This document shows, in pieces, positions 45,428 to 55,519 of a DNA stretch of 55,595 bases. The number at the start of each line of letters is the position of its first letter. Position 1 is the stretch's first letter. Position numbers and translations under genes: made by a program. Under the pieces are notes generated by a model. It saw only the letters and a list, made by a program, of their open reading frames with translations. It searched no databases and was not told the origin of the DNA. Origin of the DNA: a virus (taxonomy: Duplodnaviria > Caudoviricetes); the IMG/VR virus record IMGVR_UViG_3300004807_000027, positions 1 through 55,595 of that record. One strand, 5' to 3'.

Positions 45428-47225
45428 AATTGGTTGTTCTAGTTGTTATACCGTTTCTTTTTTCAAGATAAACGATTTCCCCGCCAATACAATACTTTTT
45501 ACTTTCTTTGCGGTGTGAAATAATGTAAATTGATTCATTATAATTATCTACTCGATCTTTAAGAATATCAAGTACTAACTCAATGCCTTTCTCGTCTAAA
45601 GATGAGTCGAGAAGTTCGTCAAACATACTTAAATTAATCCAAACATCTGCTTGTGCTCTACGTATATCTTGAAATGTAAATAGCATTGCAAGGTCAATTG
45701 CTTTACGTTCAGCTCCAGAAAAATTAAAGTAGCTACACTCGCTACCTCTTTCATTAGTAATAGTTTCTTCAAAGTATTCATTAAATGTAACGATACTATT
45801 ACTTTCAAGCTTACGCAAATAAAAGGCTAGTCTTGTATTAAGAACCTGAAGTATTTTCTTTACGATAAACGACTTTACACCTTCTTCTGAAGCAATATAC
45901 TTAGCGGACTCAATAATATCGAGTTTTTCTTGAAAAGCCGTAATGTTCTTTTTTATTTCCTCTTGTCTTGCAGTAATGCCATCGATAATTTCTTGAAAAT
46001 TATTAGAATCATTATTAAGTTGATCTATATCTACAACAAGGGATTGTAACCACTCGTTTAATTGCTTTATACGGTTATTGTTAGATTCTACATCTTTACG
46101 ACGTATTAAAAAGTCGTTTAACTTAGTTTGAGTATCAGTAATAGACTTTTCTATCTTTAAAATACTGTCTCGAGCTTTATCTAAACGTGGGGCTTCCTTA
46201 GCTAGTGTTTCGTTAGCATCTGAAATGTACTTTTCGTACTCAGCTTTGTCTTTTTCGTATTCAATGTTAAGGTTACCACCACAGTGAGGACACTTACTGT
46301 CTGTTTTTTGTAATTTCTTAAGACGTTCTGTATAGAACTTAAGGTTAGCATTTGCTTCTGCAACACTCTTATTAATAGCATCAACTTTCTTATTAAAAGC
46401 TACTTTAGCGTCTTTCCAGTTCTTTAATTCTGTTTCAACCGCTTTTTGAGCTTCTACATCTACAGACTCTAAACTATTGAGTTTTTCTTTTATTACAACT
46501 AGCTCTTGTTCGTTATTCTTTTGACGTTGTAACAGTACTGCTAATCTCTTTTTCTTAGATTCTTCATGTGTATCTTTCTGTTTATTTGCTTCTAATAAAG
46601 AACGAGCTGTTTCATTTAGTTTTGAGTCTTCAATATCTAAACTCTTTTTTACTTCATTGAATTCGGTACGCGCTAACAAAAGCATATTACCAAACACCTC
46701 TAAACCTAAAATACCTTCAATAAATTTACGCTTTTCTACTTTCTTTTGAGCCATAAACGGTATAGTACTGTTTAAGGTCATAATAACAGTATTCTGAAAT
46801 ATTTCAGAAGTAGTACCTATTGTCTTTACAATAAGCTCCGTAGTTTGAGGTATACCAGAACGAGACATATCTACTCCGTTCTCGAAAAAGTAACACTTAG
46901 TAGGATTTATAGTTCTAATTATTTTGTAATTATTAACTGCATCTCCTGTATGAATATCAAAGTCTAGCTCTACTTCACATAAAGCTTCTGGGGCTTGATC
47001 ATTAACAATGTTTTCCTTCTTAAGCTCTCGTATAGAGTTACCGAACAACGCAAAATGCATTGCATCAGCAATAGTAGATTTACCTACTCCATTAGCTCTA
47101 TCAGCTTTATCATAGTTCTTACCGGTAATAATATTTAAACCGGGTTTATAATCAATCTCTACAGGCTTCTTGCCTATAGATAAGAAGTTAAAAGCCTTTA
47201 AGTGCTTAAAGTGTACATAACGCAT
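45417..47225 (-). CDS. gp46: recombination endonuclease ATPase gp46 (SbcC/Rad50-like)
   Basis: NFLSIG, NGVGKST, CPHC hook, FSGAE, DELLDSSLD, ISH. Confidence 0.95.
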   Translation of the reverse strand: MRYVHFKHLKAFNFLSIGKKPVEIDYKPGLNIITGKNYDKADRANGVGKSTIADAMHFALFGNSIRELKKENIVNDQAPEALCEVELDFDIHTGDAVNNYKIIRTINPTKCYFFENGVDMSRSGIPQTTELIVKTIGTTSEIFQNTVIMTLNSTIPFMAQKKVEKRKFIEGILGLEVFGNMLLLARTEFNEVKKSLDIEDSKLNETARSLLEANKQKDTHEESKKKRLAVLLQRQKNNEQELVVIKEKLNSLESVDVEAQKAVETELKNWKDAKVAFNKKVDAINKSVAEANANLKFYTERLKKLQKTDSKCPHCGGNLNIEYEKDKAEYEKYISDANETLAKEAPRLDKARDSILKIEKSITDTQTKLNDFLIRRKDVESNNNRIKQLNEWLQSLVVDIDQLNNDSNNFQEIIDGITARQEEIKKNITAFQEKLDIIESAKYIASEEGVKSFIVKKILQVLNTRLAFYLRKLESNSIVTFNEYFEETITNERGSECSYFNFSGAERKAIDLAMLFTFQDIRRAQADVWINLSMFDELLDSSLDEKGIELVLDILKDRVDNYNESIYIISHRKESKKYCIGGEIVYLEKRNGITTRTTNYDV

Positions 47226-47245
47226 CAGTTATGATTATAGTCTCT

Positions 47246-48004
47246 CTATACGGAAAGCCAGGACCAAGTACTGATATGTTGCATTAATTCCTCTTTGGAC
47301 ATATCAACTATCCTGTTAAATTCCGCTACATTCTTTGTGTAGTTAGGATTGGATTCGTTGCTATTAATGCTTCTACTATGATTTATATGATATAATGGAC
47401 CTTTTACTCTACCTACATTATAACCGAGTTTAACAAAACGACGAAACCTTTCCCAATCTTCTGCACCCCAGGAAATAAAGTTTTCATTTTCCATACCACC
47501 TTTAATAAACACTTTTTTGTTCCATAAAATAGCGCCACCCACAGAATTACTACCAAAATTAGGGTAATTTGCAGGATCTAATTCATCTACATTAAATGTA
47601 TTGTTTAAAGCTTCTCTTGGTATGTTAACAAACAAGCCGCCATAAGGATAAACAAAATCTACATCATTAGATCTTAAGATCTTTACCGCTTTTACTACTT
47701 GTTTAATAGGGAACAAAACATCACAATCATAATTGACTATGTAGTCTGTTCTAGATAAACGCGCCATTTCATTTAAGTAGCGAGTACGATGAAATAGCCC
47801 GTTACCTTCTTCATATATGTGAATAATGCTACTATCCTTAAAGTCTACTAACTTTTTAGGTCCGTTCTCGTAAATGATAATATTAGTATCAAAGTTAGTC
47901 TGTAAATATGATACAATATATTTTAAATTAAACGCTCTATCTTCACTATCAATTCTGATAGGTATATTAAATGTAACGTTTTTTAAATCTATTTTAGTTT
48001 GCAT
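47246..48004 (-). CDS. GT-A glycosyltransferase with galactosyltransferase (GT7-C) motif
   Basis: YDCDV, GGMENENFISWGAED. Confidence 0.8.
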   Translation of the reverse strand: MQTKIDLKNVTFNIPIRIDSEDRAFNLKYIVSYLQTNFDTNIIIYENGPKKLVDFKDSSIIHIYEEGNGLFHRTRYLNEMARLSRTDYIVNYDCDVLFPIKQVVKAVKILRSNDVDFVYPYGGLFVNIPREALNNTFNVDELDPANYPNFGSNSVGGAILWNKKVFIKGGMENENFISWGAEDWERFRRFVKLGYNVGRVKGPLYHINHSRSINSNESNPNYTKNVAEFNRIVDMSKEELMQHISTWSWLSV

Positions 48005-48650
48005 ATTTCCAGTAAGTTGAAAGGGTGTGGTGTATGTTTCTATCTCTTAATAGAAACAAATCGCAAGGTATTTTTTTAATTGGTATACGTTTAGTTTTAA
48101 GCATATGAGTTATTAACTCTTCTCCAGATGTTATTTTAACACCAACTTTAAAATAATTAGTAATATTATCGTAAATCTCTCCGTATAACTTCATATTATT
48201 AGAAGTAGAAAAGTTTAACCAATCAGATATAACTAAAGGATTAGCACATACATTAGGTGAAAACACCCCTTCTGTAAGATTGTACGAAGCAGGATCAAGT
48301 CTAGATTCAAGACCGATATCAAACCGAGTACGTATAACTACATCATATTTGAAGTTATTAGCTAATTCATATTCTGCTAAAAGTCTTAAACTATCTTTAA
48401 TAGAATAAAACATACTAAAATGTATAAAAGCAGCTGGAGAGCATTCTTGTACTTCAGGTGGTACTACTTCTTTTTGAGGTTCTACAAGTATAGCTTTAGG
48501 TTCATACAAGTAACAATCCTTATTGAGAGGTCCTTCCCAAGTATGTATGAATATATCGTAATTGTTAAAGTCTACAAGATTTCTGCGAAGTGTTTCTAAA
48601 CCTTCAACCACAAAACGACTTTGACCTGAAAATGATATAGCTTTTCTCAT
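47994..48650 (-). CDS. putative glycosyltransferase-like protein
   Basis: AISFSGQSR, DIFIHTW, KYDVVIRTRFD motifs seen in polysaccharide-locus proteins. Confidence 0.55.
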   Translation of the reverse strand: MRKAISFSGQSRFVVEGLETLRRNLVDFNNYDIFIHTWEGPLNKDCYLYEPKAILVEPQKEVVPPEVQECSPAAFIHFSMFYSIKDSLRLLAEYELANNFKYDVVIRTRFDIGLESRLDPASYNLTEGVFSPNVCANPLVISDWLNFSTSNNMKLYGEIYDNITNYFKVGVKITSGEELITHMLKTKRIPIKKIPCDLFLLRDRNIHHTLSTYWKYAN

Positions 48651-48967
48651 AAAAGTACTTTATCACTTGGTACTGAAGGCCATTTTACTACGATTAAATC
48701 TACATCGTTTATAATATAAACATCAGATACTTCATTAGGATGATATACAAACATATCTCCTGCTTTTAATATCTTATTATCAATCTTTAAAGCCCCGTTT
48801 ACAATGTATGTTAATTCCGTTACTATTTTATGAGTGTGTAACGGACCTTTATAACCAGCTACATGATGGTGATGAGCCACTTCAAAGAAAGGGTTTTTAA
48901 ATACAGCTGGATTAAAATCTCCAATAAACCAACCGTTGTTGAAATCTTTTATGTTATAAGTGTCCAT
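48647..48967 (-). CDS. cupin-fold protein
   Basis: GWFIGDF.P, H.HK...E, K.PS..DK. Confidence 0.7.
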   Translation of the reverse strand: MDTYNIKDFNNGWFIGDFNPAVFKNPFFEVAHHHHVAGYKGPLHTHKIVTELTYIVNGALKIDNKILKAGDMFVYHPNEVSDVYIINDVDLIVVKWPSVPSDKVLL

Positions 48968-50126
48968 AGCTACTTTCTATCTTTTGTATACGAGCACAAT
49001 GTCTACCGCCTTCAAACGTAGTGCGTTTAAATATACTAATATATTCTACAAGTTTATCTACATTAGTAATACGTGTGGGTATAGAGAAAAAGTTACAGCA
49101 ATTATGTTTAATTGAGTTTTCAGCACTTATTTCATCGTATATTAATGCAGACCTTATACCATCTGTTTTATTAGCTGCAATATTAACAGCTTGCCCGGTA
49201 TAACAAAAGCCAATACCATGAGTACAAGTACCGTTTTTAATAAACGTTATTGCTTGAGATATATAATCAAACTGATCACAGTCTTTATTTGTAAAGCACC
49301 CTAAATCAATGTATTCATAATTAAAAGCACTAAGAATGGTCTTACACCTTTCCTTAAGTTCAAAACCGCTGTGATCACTAGCAAGTGCTATTTTACCTTT
49401 ACCAAAATGGTTTAGCACTCGAGTAGTAAAGAATTTATATTCTTCAGGTGTACCCATAATAAACATCTCGTCAACGTCTTTTATAGTAACCTTTAAACCG
49501 TCTTCTATCATTAAATTGTAAAGAGGAGTAATATAGAACTCATTACGGGTACGCAGATTCTTTTTTATCATTTTTTCTGCATACTTTACAAATACCTTAC
49601 CTGTTTTAAACCCGTATACCCCAACGCATGCATTATTGCTGACTACTTCTTTTTCTGCAGTTAATAATGCATAGTTGTTTGAAGTACCGTCAGTTTTTAC
49701 GTAACTGTAAGCAGGGTTATTGCTTTTAAATGTTAATACATTACCGTCTTCACTAAGATCAAAAGGCTTAAAAATAGGTTTAAAGTGTACGTCTACAGTA
49801 TATATAAAAAGCGGTAAATTATTATTAATGTGCTGCTTAGCTAATAAACAAGTAGAAACACTACCGTCTGTTACTCTATCAATAACTACTATTTGTATAT
49901 CTCTACCGAATTTCTTTCGAAATATTTCATCTACTCCAAAATTATTAATATGATCTTGTCGTAAACAAAATATTAAGTTACATTCAGATGTATCAATAGA
50001 ACTCAATGCCCAGTCAATTAAGTGCTTATCATAAGCAGTAATCATGTACTTTGGTACAACAAATCCTTCATCAACAAAGCGTTGACCACGACCAGCAAGA
50101 GGTACTAAAAGGTTATACTTTTTCAT
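48954..50126 (-). CDS. sugar nucleotidyltransferase fused to RpiB/LacAB isomerase
   Basis: N-terminal PLAGRGQRF...PK, EK, NEFY..P.YN, GTPE; C-terminal SDHSG, CYTG...AANK..IR, FEGGRH. Confidence 0.85.
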   Translation of the reverse strand: MKKYNLLVPLAGRGQRFVDEGFVVPKYMITAYDKHLIDWALSSIDTSECNLIFCLRQDHINNFGVDEIFRKKFGRDIQIVVIDRVTDGSVSTCLLAKQHINNNLPLFIYTVDVHFKPIFKPFDLSEDGNVLTFKSNNPAYSYVKTDGTSNNYALLTAEKEVVSNNACVGVYGFKTGKVFVKYAEKMIKKNLRTRNEFYITPLYNLMIEDGLKVTIKDVDEMFIMGTPEEYKFFTTRVLNHFGKGKIALASDHSGFELKERCKTILSAFNYEYIDLGCFTNKDCDQFDYISQAITFIKNGTCTHGIGFCYTGQAVNIAANKTDGIRSALIYDEISAENSIKHNCCNFFSIPTRITNVDKLVEYISIFKRTTFEGGRHCARIQKIESSYGHL

Positions 50127-50796
50127 TTTTGAAGTGTTTGGTTAACTCATTATGAGCGTTTTGTATTACCTTAGGAAGGTCTCTTGTACTATCAAGTAAT
50201 CCTGCTAATATATATGCGGCAAATTTGTCTCCAGCTCCAAGTACATTAATGTCTGGAACAAGCTCTGCTTCAAAGTAGTATTTCGTACCGCTTTTACTGT
50301 ATAAAATGCTGCCACTTGAGCTGTGTTGCAGTACATTACCTCTTACTGACTTGCAAAGGCTTGATATATTAAGATGATGTGAATCCTCATCTGATATTAG
50401 TAGAAGATCTATATAATCTAAGCTAGAATCATATACATTTAAAGGTGTACCGTTGCAAGTATCAGCTACATTAATGCCGTCTAGTTTTGAAATAAAACTT
50501 CTATCGTGCAACTCATTTAAATACATTATATGATTAATCTTACTAGAATGTATAAAGGGTGATTGAGTTTTTAAAGACAAACGGGATATACTCGTGCGTT
50601 TACATTGTTTAACATCAACCATTATCAATGACTCTCCTATATCAGTAGGTTCTACTTTAACCTTAAAATGAGGATTGATTGTTTTAAGCTGATTCCAAAC
50701 ATTACCTATACATCCCGCAGAAAATCTGTTTTTAAAATCTTCGTATATGTTGTCATAGCTTAGATGCCCGTAAAGTGTTATATCAAAATTTTTCAT
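50113..50796 (-). CDS. PfkB/ribokinase-family kinase (short)
   Basis: NVLGAGDKFAA anion-hole motif. Confidence 0.7.
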   Translation of the reverse strand: MKNFDITLYGHLSYDNIYEDFKNRFSAGCIGNVWNQLKTINPHFKVKVEPTDIGESLIMVDVKQCKRTSISRLSLKTQSPFIHSSKINHIMYLNELHDRSFISKLDGINVADTCNGTPLNVYDSSLDYIDLLLISDEDSHHLNISSLCKSVRGNVLQHSSSGSILYSKSGTKYYFEAELVPDINVLGAGDKFAAYILAGLLDSTRDLPKVIQNAHNELTKHFKNEKV

Positions 50797-51304
50797 TACG
50801 GTCCCATTTAATTAAAACATCCACGGTTGGCTCAAAAACCATACCTTTTAATAAAAAATACTCAAATAGTTTAACAATTACTCCTTCTCCGCCTTTAACT
50901 TCGAGGTCAATTGCAACTTTCTTAACGCTATTGGGAGAATCTGAAGGGCAAAAACTATACCCTACTTGATTCATTATGTTAATATCAAAGACATCATCTC
51001 CAACATATACCATGTCTAAGCTTTCTACATTATAACGAGTCTCAAATTTTGGTATGTAGGTTGCTTTGTCTACCATACCGCCACTATCTCTATTGTTAAA
51101 GAAATCTATGTTTCTGTTATTTGCTACTGCTTCATTAACGTTAGTATCTCCAGAAAGAAACACTATATCCCAGCCATTAGCTTTAAATTGCTTAATAGCT
51201 GTAAAATCCTTATCATTAAAGGTTTTGTATATGCCTTTACCGGTATTATCGTAATACTTTTTACCGTCAGTTAGTACACCATCAACGTCTAAGACTATTA
51301 ACAT
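50783..51304 (-). CDS. KdsC-like HAD phosphatase
   Basis: LDVDGVLTDG, K.F..KD, YVGDDVFD, GGEG. Confidence 0.88.
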   Translation of the reverse strand: MLIVLDVDGVLTDGKKYYDNTGKGIYKTFNDKDFTAIKQFKANGWDIVFLSGDTNVNEAVANNRNIDFFNNRDSGGMVDKATYIPKFETRYNVESLDMVYVGDDVFDINIMNQVGYSFCPSDSPNSVKKVAIDLEVKGGEGVIVKLFEYFLLKGMVFEPTVDVLIKWDRNEKF

Positions 51305-51746
51305 AATCTTTATAATAATATATATTATCAGAACAAATTCCAGCAAAATCTAATAAATGTTCAGATGCAAATGTCCATCTCGGATCCTCTGGCATTACAC
51401 AGATAGCATCTTTATAAGCTTTTTTATATGTCGGGCTTAACCATATAAAACCAGCGGTTGTTACTACAAAATCGTCTTTATCTATACTAAAACAGTTAAC
51501 CGCATAATGCTTAATTTGATTTAAAGCTTCTATATTTTTACAATGTAGCCAAAGGTTATCTTGTGCAATAAACTCAAACTCTACATTATACTGAGGGGCA
51601 TCATGCCCAAGATAAAAATCTTCATCTATGTACCACAAATCTATTTCCACATTAAACCCATGATCTAAACAGTATTTTATTTGATCGGGGTGGTTCTCTT
51701 TATCGGATTTACCATTAAGATTACCTCTATGTGAAATATAACGCAT
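51282..51746 (-). CDS. GDPD/PLC-like phosphodiesterase-fold protein
   Basis: ISHRGN, EN, VEIDLW, LGHD, WLHCKN, GICSD. Confidence 0.7.
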   Translation of the reverse strand: MRYISHRGNLNGKSDKENHPDQIKYCLDHGFNVEIDLWYIDEDFYLGHDAPQYNVEFEFIAQDNLWLHCKNIEALNQIKHYAVNCFSIDKDDFVVTTAGFIWLSPTYKKAYKDAICVMPEDPRWTFASEHLLDFAGICSDNIYYYKDYVNSLRR

Positions 51747-52060
51747 TATTTAAAGTTTTTTCTGTCATCTAATTCTGGTTTGTTCTTTTGCGTCCACATA
51801 GCACCCATAATATTCCATACTACAGCTGATAAATGGTCTTCGTCTTCTTCTCCTGCCCACCATTTAAGTAGATGGCGTTGTGCACTATCATAAAATACAG
51901 AAGTAGTCATGCCGTGCTTCCAGTTATCAAACCCGTACTTTTCACCACCTTTACGGTAATGATCCATCACCTTAATAAGTTCTTGTGTAGGTATTAAACT
52001 CATTCTTGGTTTACCTACATCTGTATCTCTTTGGGCTCCTGTATCAAACTGTCTTTTCAT
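51746..52060 (-). CDS. dATP/dGTP diphosphohydrolase-like (DUF5664-type)
   Basis: F.TGAQRD...GKPRMSLIP, G.EKYG..NW..G, SAQRH, EDHL. Confidence 0.8.
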   Translation of the reverse strand: MKRQFDTGAQRDTDVGKPRMSLIPTQELIKVMDHYRKGGEKYGFDNWKHGMTTSVFYDSAQRHLLKWWAGEEDEDHLSAVVWNIMGAMWTQKNKPELDDRKNFK

Positions 52061-52883
52061 TTTTATTTAAAATATTGTTAAAGATCCAATCTTCGGATAA
52101 AATATAGTTTTGTGCAAGTTTAAAATTCTCTTCTATAGCAGCTTTTTTGCTATTATAAAAGTCTGGTGTACAAGTTTTAAGTTTATCCTTTAAATCATAC
52201 ATATCATTAAATATAACAAAACCATCAATATTAAAAAACTTCTCTATAGATGGGCACCCCCAATAAATCGGAATTGTGCCAGTCATTAAACAATCTATAA
52301 GCTTTTCTGTAAAATAAAAATCCTTCTTACAGTTTTCAATAGCAAAATGAAACCTATAATCTTTAAGTCCCTCAATTTTATTCATTGAGTGTATTATAAA
52401 TTGTTTGTAACTCGGACCAAAAGCATCAATATTCTTACCGGATGCATGTATAATTTGATGTCTTAATTGATGTCCAGGTAATTGATTTTTATTAGATGCA
52501 ATAATAGAAAACATTTTACTTTTTTCATATATTTGCCTTAATTCTACTGGAATCCAGCATCCACCTACAGGATACCATTTAGCATTAGGTAAACTTAAAT
52601 ACTCTTTATCGTGAGTCCATATCTGTTTGTACCTATGGGGGTTATTCTTTACATATTCATAAGCAAACGGGTGTATACCTTGAGGTTCTAATAACCATGC
52701 TATATTACCGTTTTCTAATTGGTAGTCTGTACATATTACGTCTACACCAGGAGGGGCGTCTGACCGATTCCAAATAACATGTTTTGCAATACTAACCGGT
52801 GGTGTAGGGTTATTACTGAATATACAATGTGCAAAATTACTATCTTTAATATAGAGTTCTATTTTATTCATTTTTGTATCCAT
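52044..52883 (-). CDS. GT10-like (alpha-1,3/4-fucosyltransferase family) glycosyltransferase
   Basis: YRFHFAIEN...YFTEKLIDC...GTIPIYWG. Confidence 0.8.
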   Translation of the reverse strand: MDTKMNKIELYIKDSNFAHCIFSNNPTPPVSIAKHVIWNRSDAPPGVDVICTDYQLENGNIAWLLEPQGIHPFAYEYVKNNPHRYKQIWTHDKEYLSLPNAKWYPVGGCWIPVELRQIYEKSKMFSIIASNKNQLPGHQLRHQIIHASGKNIDAFGPSYKQFIIHSMNKIEGLKDYRFHFAIENCKKDFYFTEKLIDCLMTGTIPIYWGCPSIEKFFNIDGFVIFNDMYDLKDKLKTCTPDFYNSKKAAIEENFKLAQNYILSEDWIFNNILNKNEKTV

Positions 52884-53650
52884 CCTTCTACTACTAAGTC
52901 TTTACCATCAGAGGGACCTTTTGAACCAAACCAAAGCTTAGGCATAACAATTACTTTATCAGAATTGTTATTAAGCCAGGCTGCCCACCAAGAAAATGTA
53001 GAATTTGTAATAATATTATTTTTACAAAGTGATATACCTATAAAGTCGTCTATTTGAGTTCTACCTTGTAGAAATAAAACCTTTTTACCGGTACGATTAA
53101 ATAAATCTTTATTTTGTTTACACCAAGGTATATCATCAGAGAATACAATGTAGGTTTTTACTTCTGCGCGTTCTTCTATTTCTTTTTGTGCAGAAAACCA
53201 ATAATCTTGTGGTTGTTGAGGGTGAATATTGGGATAGTTTAAATAATCTCCGCGCCGCACATGTATAGAGCAAGTAGTAGATAAATCTATTTGATTTAAT
53301 ACGTTTTTTACTTCATCTACTAAAGTAGAATTAAATTGAAATACGTCTCTTATTTTATCTTCTACTTTATTAAAGTACTTATCACTCTGAAAATACCCAT
53401 CTAAATAAACAAATGTATTGACCGGTAACTCTACAGGGTTATAATCAAAGCTCTTTTCTTTAACTATAACAGACGGTCCCGGTGCTAAACCTGGTAATTT
53501 ATTAGCAAAATACGTATTGTTCTTCCAGTTAGAAAACCCGTAACGCAAATTATGATCCATTGCTATACCAATAGTGCTAGCAATTAAAAATAGCTGATTA
53601 CCTAAACCATGTCCCTGAGATTTTAATAGACCTATGTGAGATACTTGCAT
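52868..53650 (-). CDS. GT11 alpha-1,2-fucosyltransferase-like
   Basis: GLGNQLF, GYFQS, HVRRGDY, FSDD..WC, NSTFSWWAA. Confidence 0.9.
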   Translation of the reverse strand: MQVSHIGLLKSQGHGLGNQLFLIASTIGIAMDHNLRYGFSNWKNNTYFANKLPGLAPGPSVIVKEKSFDYNPVELPVNTFVYLDGYFQSDKYFNKVEDKIRDVFQFNSTLVDEVKNVLNQIDLSTTCSIHVRRGDYLNYPNIHPQQPQDYWFSAQKEIEERAEVKTYIVFSDDIPWCKQNKDLFNRTGKKVLFLQGRTQIDDFIGISLCKNNIITNSTFSWWAAWLNNNSDKVIVMPKLWFGSKGPSDGKDLVVEGWIQK

Positions 53651-53651
53651 G

Positions 53652-54467
53652 TTATTTGTTTAGGTTAATTACATTTTTAGTATATATTGTTTTCAAGGCA
53701 CTTAACACCTTTTCTAAAGGAGTATCAGTATTTTCTACAGCAGATTTGCCGTGTACCTTTCTGTAGTAATTAGCCCCGTCTATCATGTTCTTAGTCCATT
53801 TCTCAGTATGTGTTATAGAACTGTTTTGTATTGAACCGGGTATCTCTTTAAGCATTTCATCACTGCCTTCTACGTCTGGAAACCACCAAAAAGCTGGCAT
53901 ATAACCACCTTTAATAATTCTTTGACATAATTCTACATGTTCCCATGCATTTTTAAAATACGGATCGTGATAACCAACACTCTCTATAACACTCGGGTGA
54001 AAATAAGAGAATGCCCCAACGCAATGCTGGTTAAGAGCAACCTTTATACCTTTTGGATATTCTACTATATATCTTGGTCTAGGTGATTTATAATCTGGTG
54101 TTCTATTAGCAGGTCCGTGATAACCAAAGTTTAAATGAAATACACCAGAACCTAAAGCTGTATCAATGTATTTTTGCCAAACATCTGGAGTCTGAACTAA
54201 AATGTCATTTTCAATAAGAAATATATGGTCACATTTCCTATTCATAAGAACATTCATTGCTCTATTTTTAGCAACACCAACCGTTTGATAGGGTGGTCTA
54301 TTATTCATTATTTCAATACCTTCTGGTAATGTACCGTCAGGAATCTTAATACCATCATTAATAAGAATAATATCTGTTAATGGGCCTTTGTTTGCAAGTA
54401 AACTCTGTACACATTGTTTTGTGTATTCTAATCTATCGCATGCTATAACGGCTACTCCTATTTTCAT
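53652..54467 (-). CDS. GT2 glycosyltransferase
   Basis: INDG, GVAKN, FLIEND, VGYHD..F...EH. Confidence 0.8.
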   Translation of the reverse strand: MKIGVAVIACDRLEYTKQCVQSLLANKGPLTDIILINDGIKIPDGTLPEGIEIMNNRPPYQTVGVAKNRAMNVLMNRKCDHIFLIENDILVQTPDVWQKYIDTALGSGVFHLNFGYHGPANRTPDYKSPRPRYIVEYPKGIKVALNQHCVGAFSYFHPSVIESVGYHDPYFKNAWEHVELCQRIIKGGYMPAFWWFPDVEGSDEMLKEIPGSIQNSSITHTEKWTKNMIDGANYYRKVHGKSAVENTDTPLEKVLSALKTIYTKNVINLNK

Positions 54468-55519
54468 GTTAAAGAATGGGCTTTATGATATAAATCGTTA
54501 ATGTAAGACTTTACTTTATCTTTATGCTTAATTTCAAGTAAATCAATGAATTCTGATATAGAATTTTCTACACTTATATTAAAGTCTTTTGTGTTTGCTT
54601 CTTCTATATTGAGTTTAGAGTTTTCATTATAATCATATTCAATAGCAAATTCAACCGGCTTGATAGAATTGAGCTTTTTTACCATCTTATCTACGACTTC
54701 CGGTTCTAATGGTGTATCGATGTAGAACTTAATTATATTTCCTTTAATAAGAGTCTTAAGTTCCTCTACAGTGTACTTACCACCTGCAATCTCTTTGTAC
54801 GTTATCTTATTATGTTGTGGGGATATAGTATTTTCAATAAAATCATACCCTAACGTATCAAGATCTAGTATGTATAGTCCCTTTTTAGTATTGTAATCTC
54901 CCCAGTCTTGTTGATATGGTGAACCAGCATAAAGAATAGTACGGTCTTCATATTTGCGTTCTTCTCTATGATGAAAATGACCTGAAACAGTGAGTTTTGC
55001 TCTACTAGTAAGATCGGTTGTTTTTAAACCGTTAGTACACACTTTGAAAGCATTCATCTTAAAACTATTAATTTCAAAATGCCCTACGATTAAATCGCAT
55101 ACGGGTACTTCTTCTATTTCTTGCCCCCACGGACAGAAAGCTATTTTCGTTTTCTTATAATCAAATACAAACAACCTATCAATAACAGTAATATTAGTCC
55201 ATCCTTTGAGAATAGAAACAGAATTAACATTAGAATTATCTTTATAATAAGCATCATGATTGCCAACAGTAATGATAATATTAAAGTCGATAAACTCCCT
55301 AAAAATATCATTAACAATATGAAGAGTATTAACAGCAATATCATTTCTATCATGGAATATATCTCCTGGTATAATTATATCTTTTATATTACGTTGTCTA
55401 AATTGATCTGCAGCCCACTTAGCATGATCCATCGCAATCTTATGCCATGTCTCGCTATTACGATGTACACCATAATGCGGGTCAGAAAAAATACCTACTT
55501 TAGAATTATGAATTTTCAT
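54464..55519 (-). CDS. gp47: recombination endonuclease nuclease subunit gp47 (SbcD/Mre11-like)
   Basis: SDPH.G, GD.F..R, GNHD, GHFE, SGHFH, GSP; start MKIHN. Confidence 0.93.
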   Translation of the reverse strand: MKIHNSKVGIFSDPHYGVHRNSETWHKIAMDHAKWAADQFRQRNIKDIIIPGDIFHDRNDIAVNTLHIVNDIFREFIDFNIIITVGNHDAYYKDNSNVNSVSILKGWTNITVIDRLFVFDYKKTKIAFCPWGQEIEEVPVCDLIVGHFEINSFKMNAFKVCTNGLKTTDLTSRAKLTVSGHFHHREERKYEDRTILYAGSPYQQDWGDYNTKKGLYILDLDTLGYDFIENTISPQHNKITYKEIAGGKYTVEELKTLIKGNIIKFYIDTPLEPEVVDKMVKKLNSIKPVEFAIEYDYNENSKLNIEEANTKDFNISVENSISEFIDLLEIKHKDKVKSYINDLYHKAHSLT

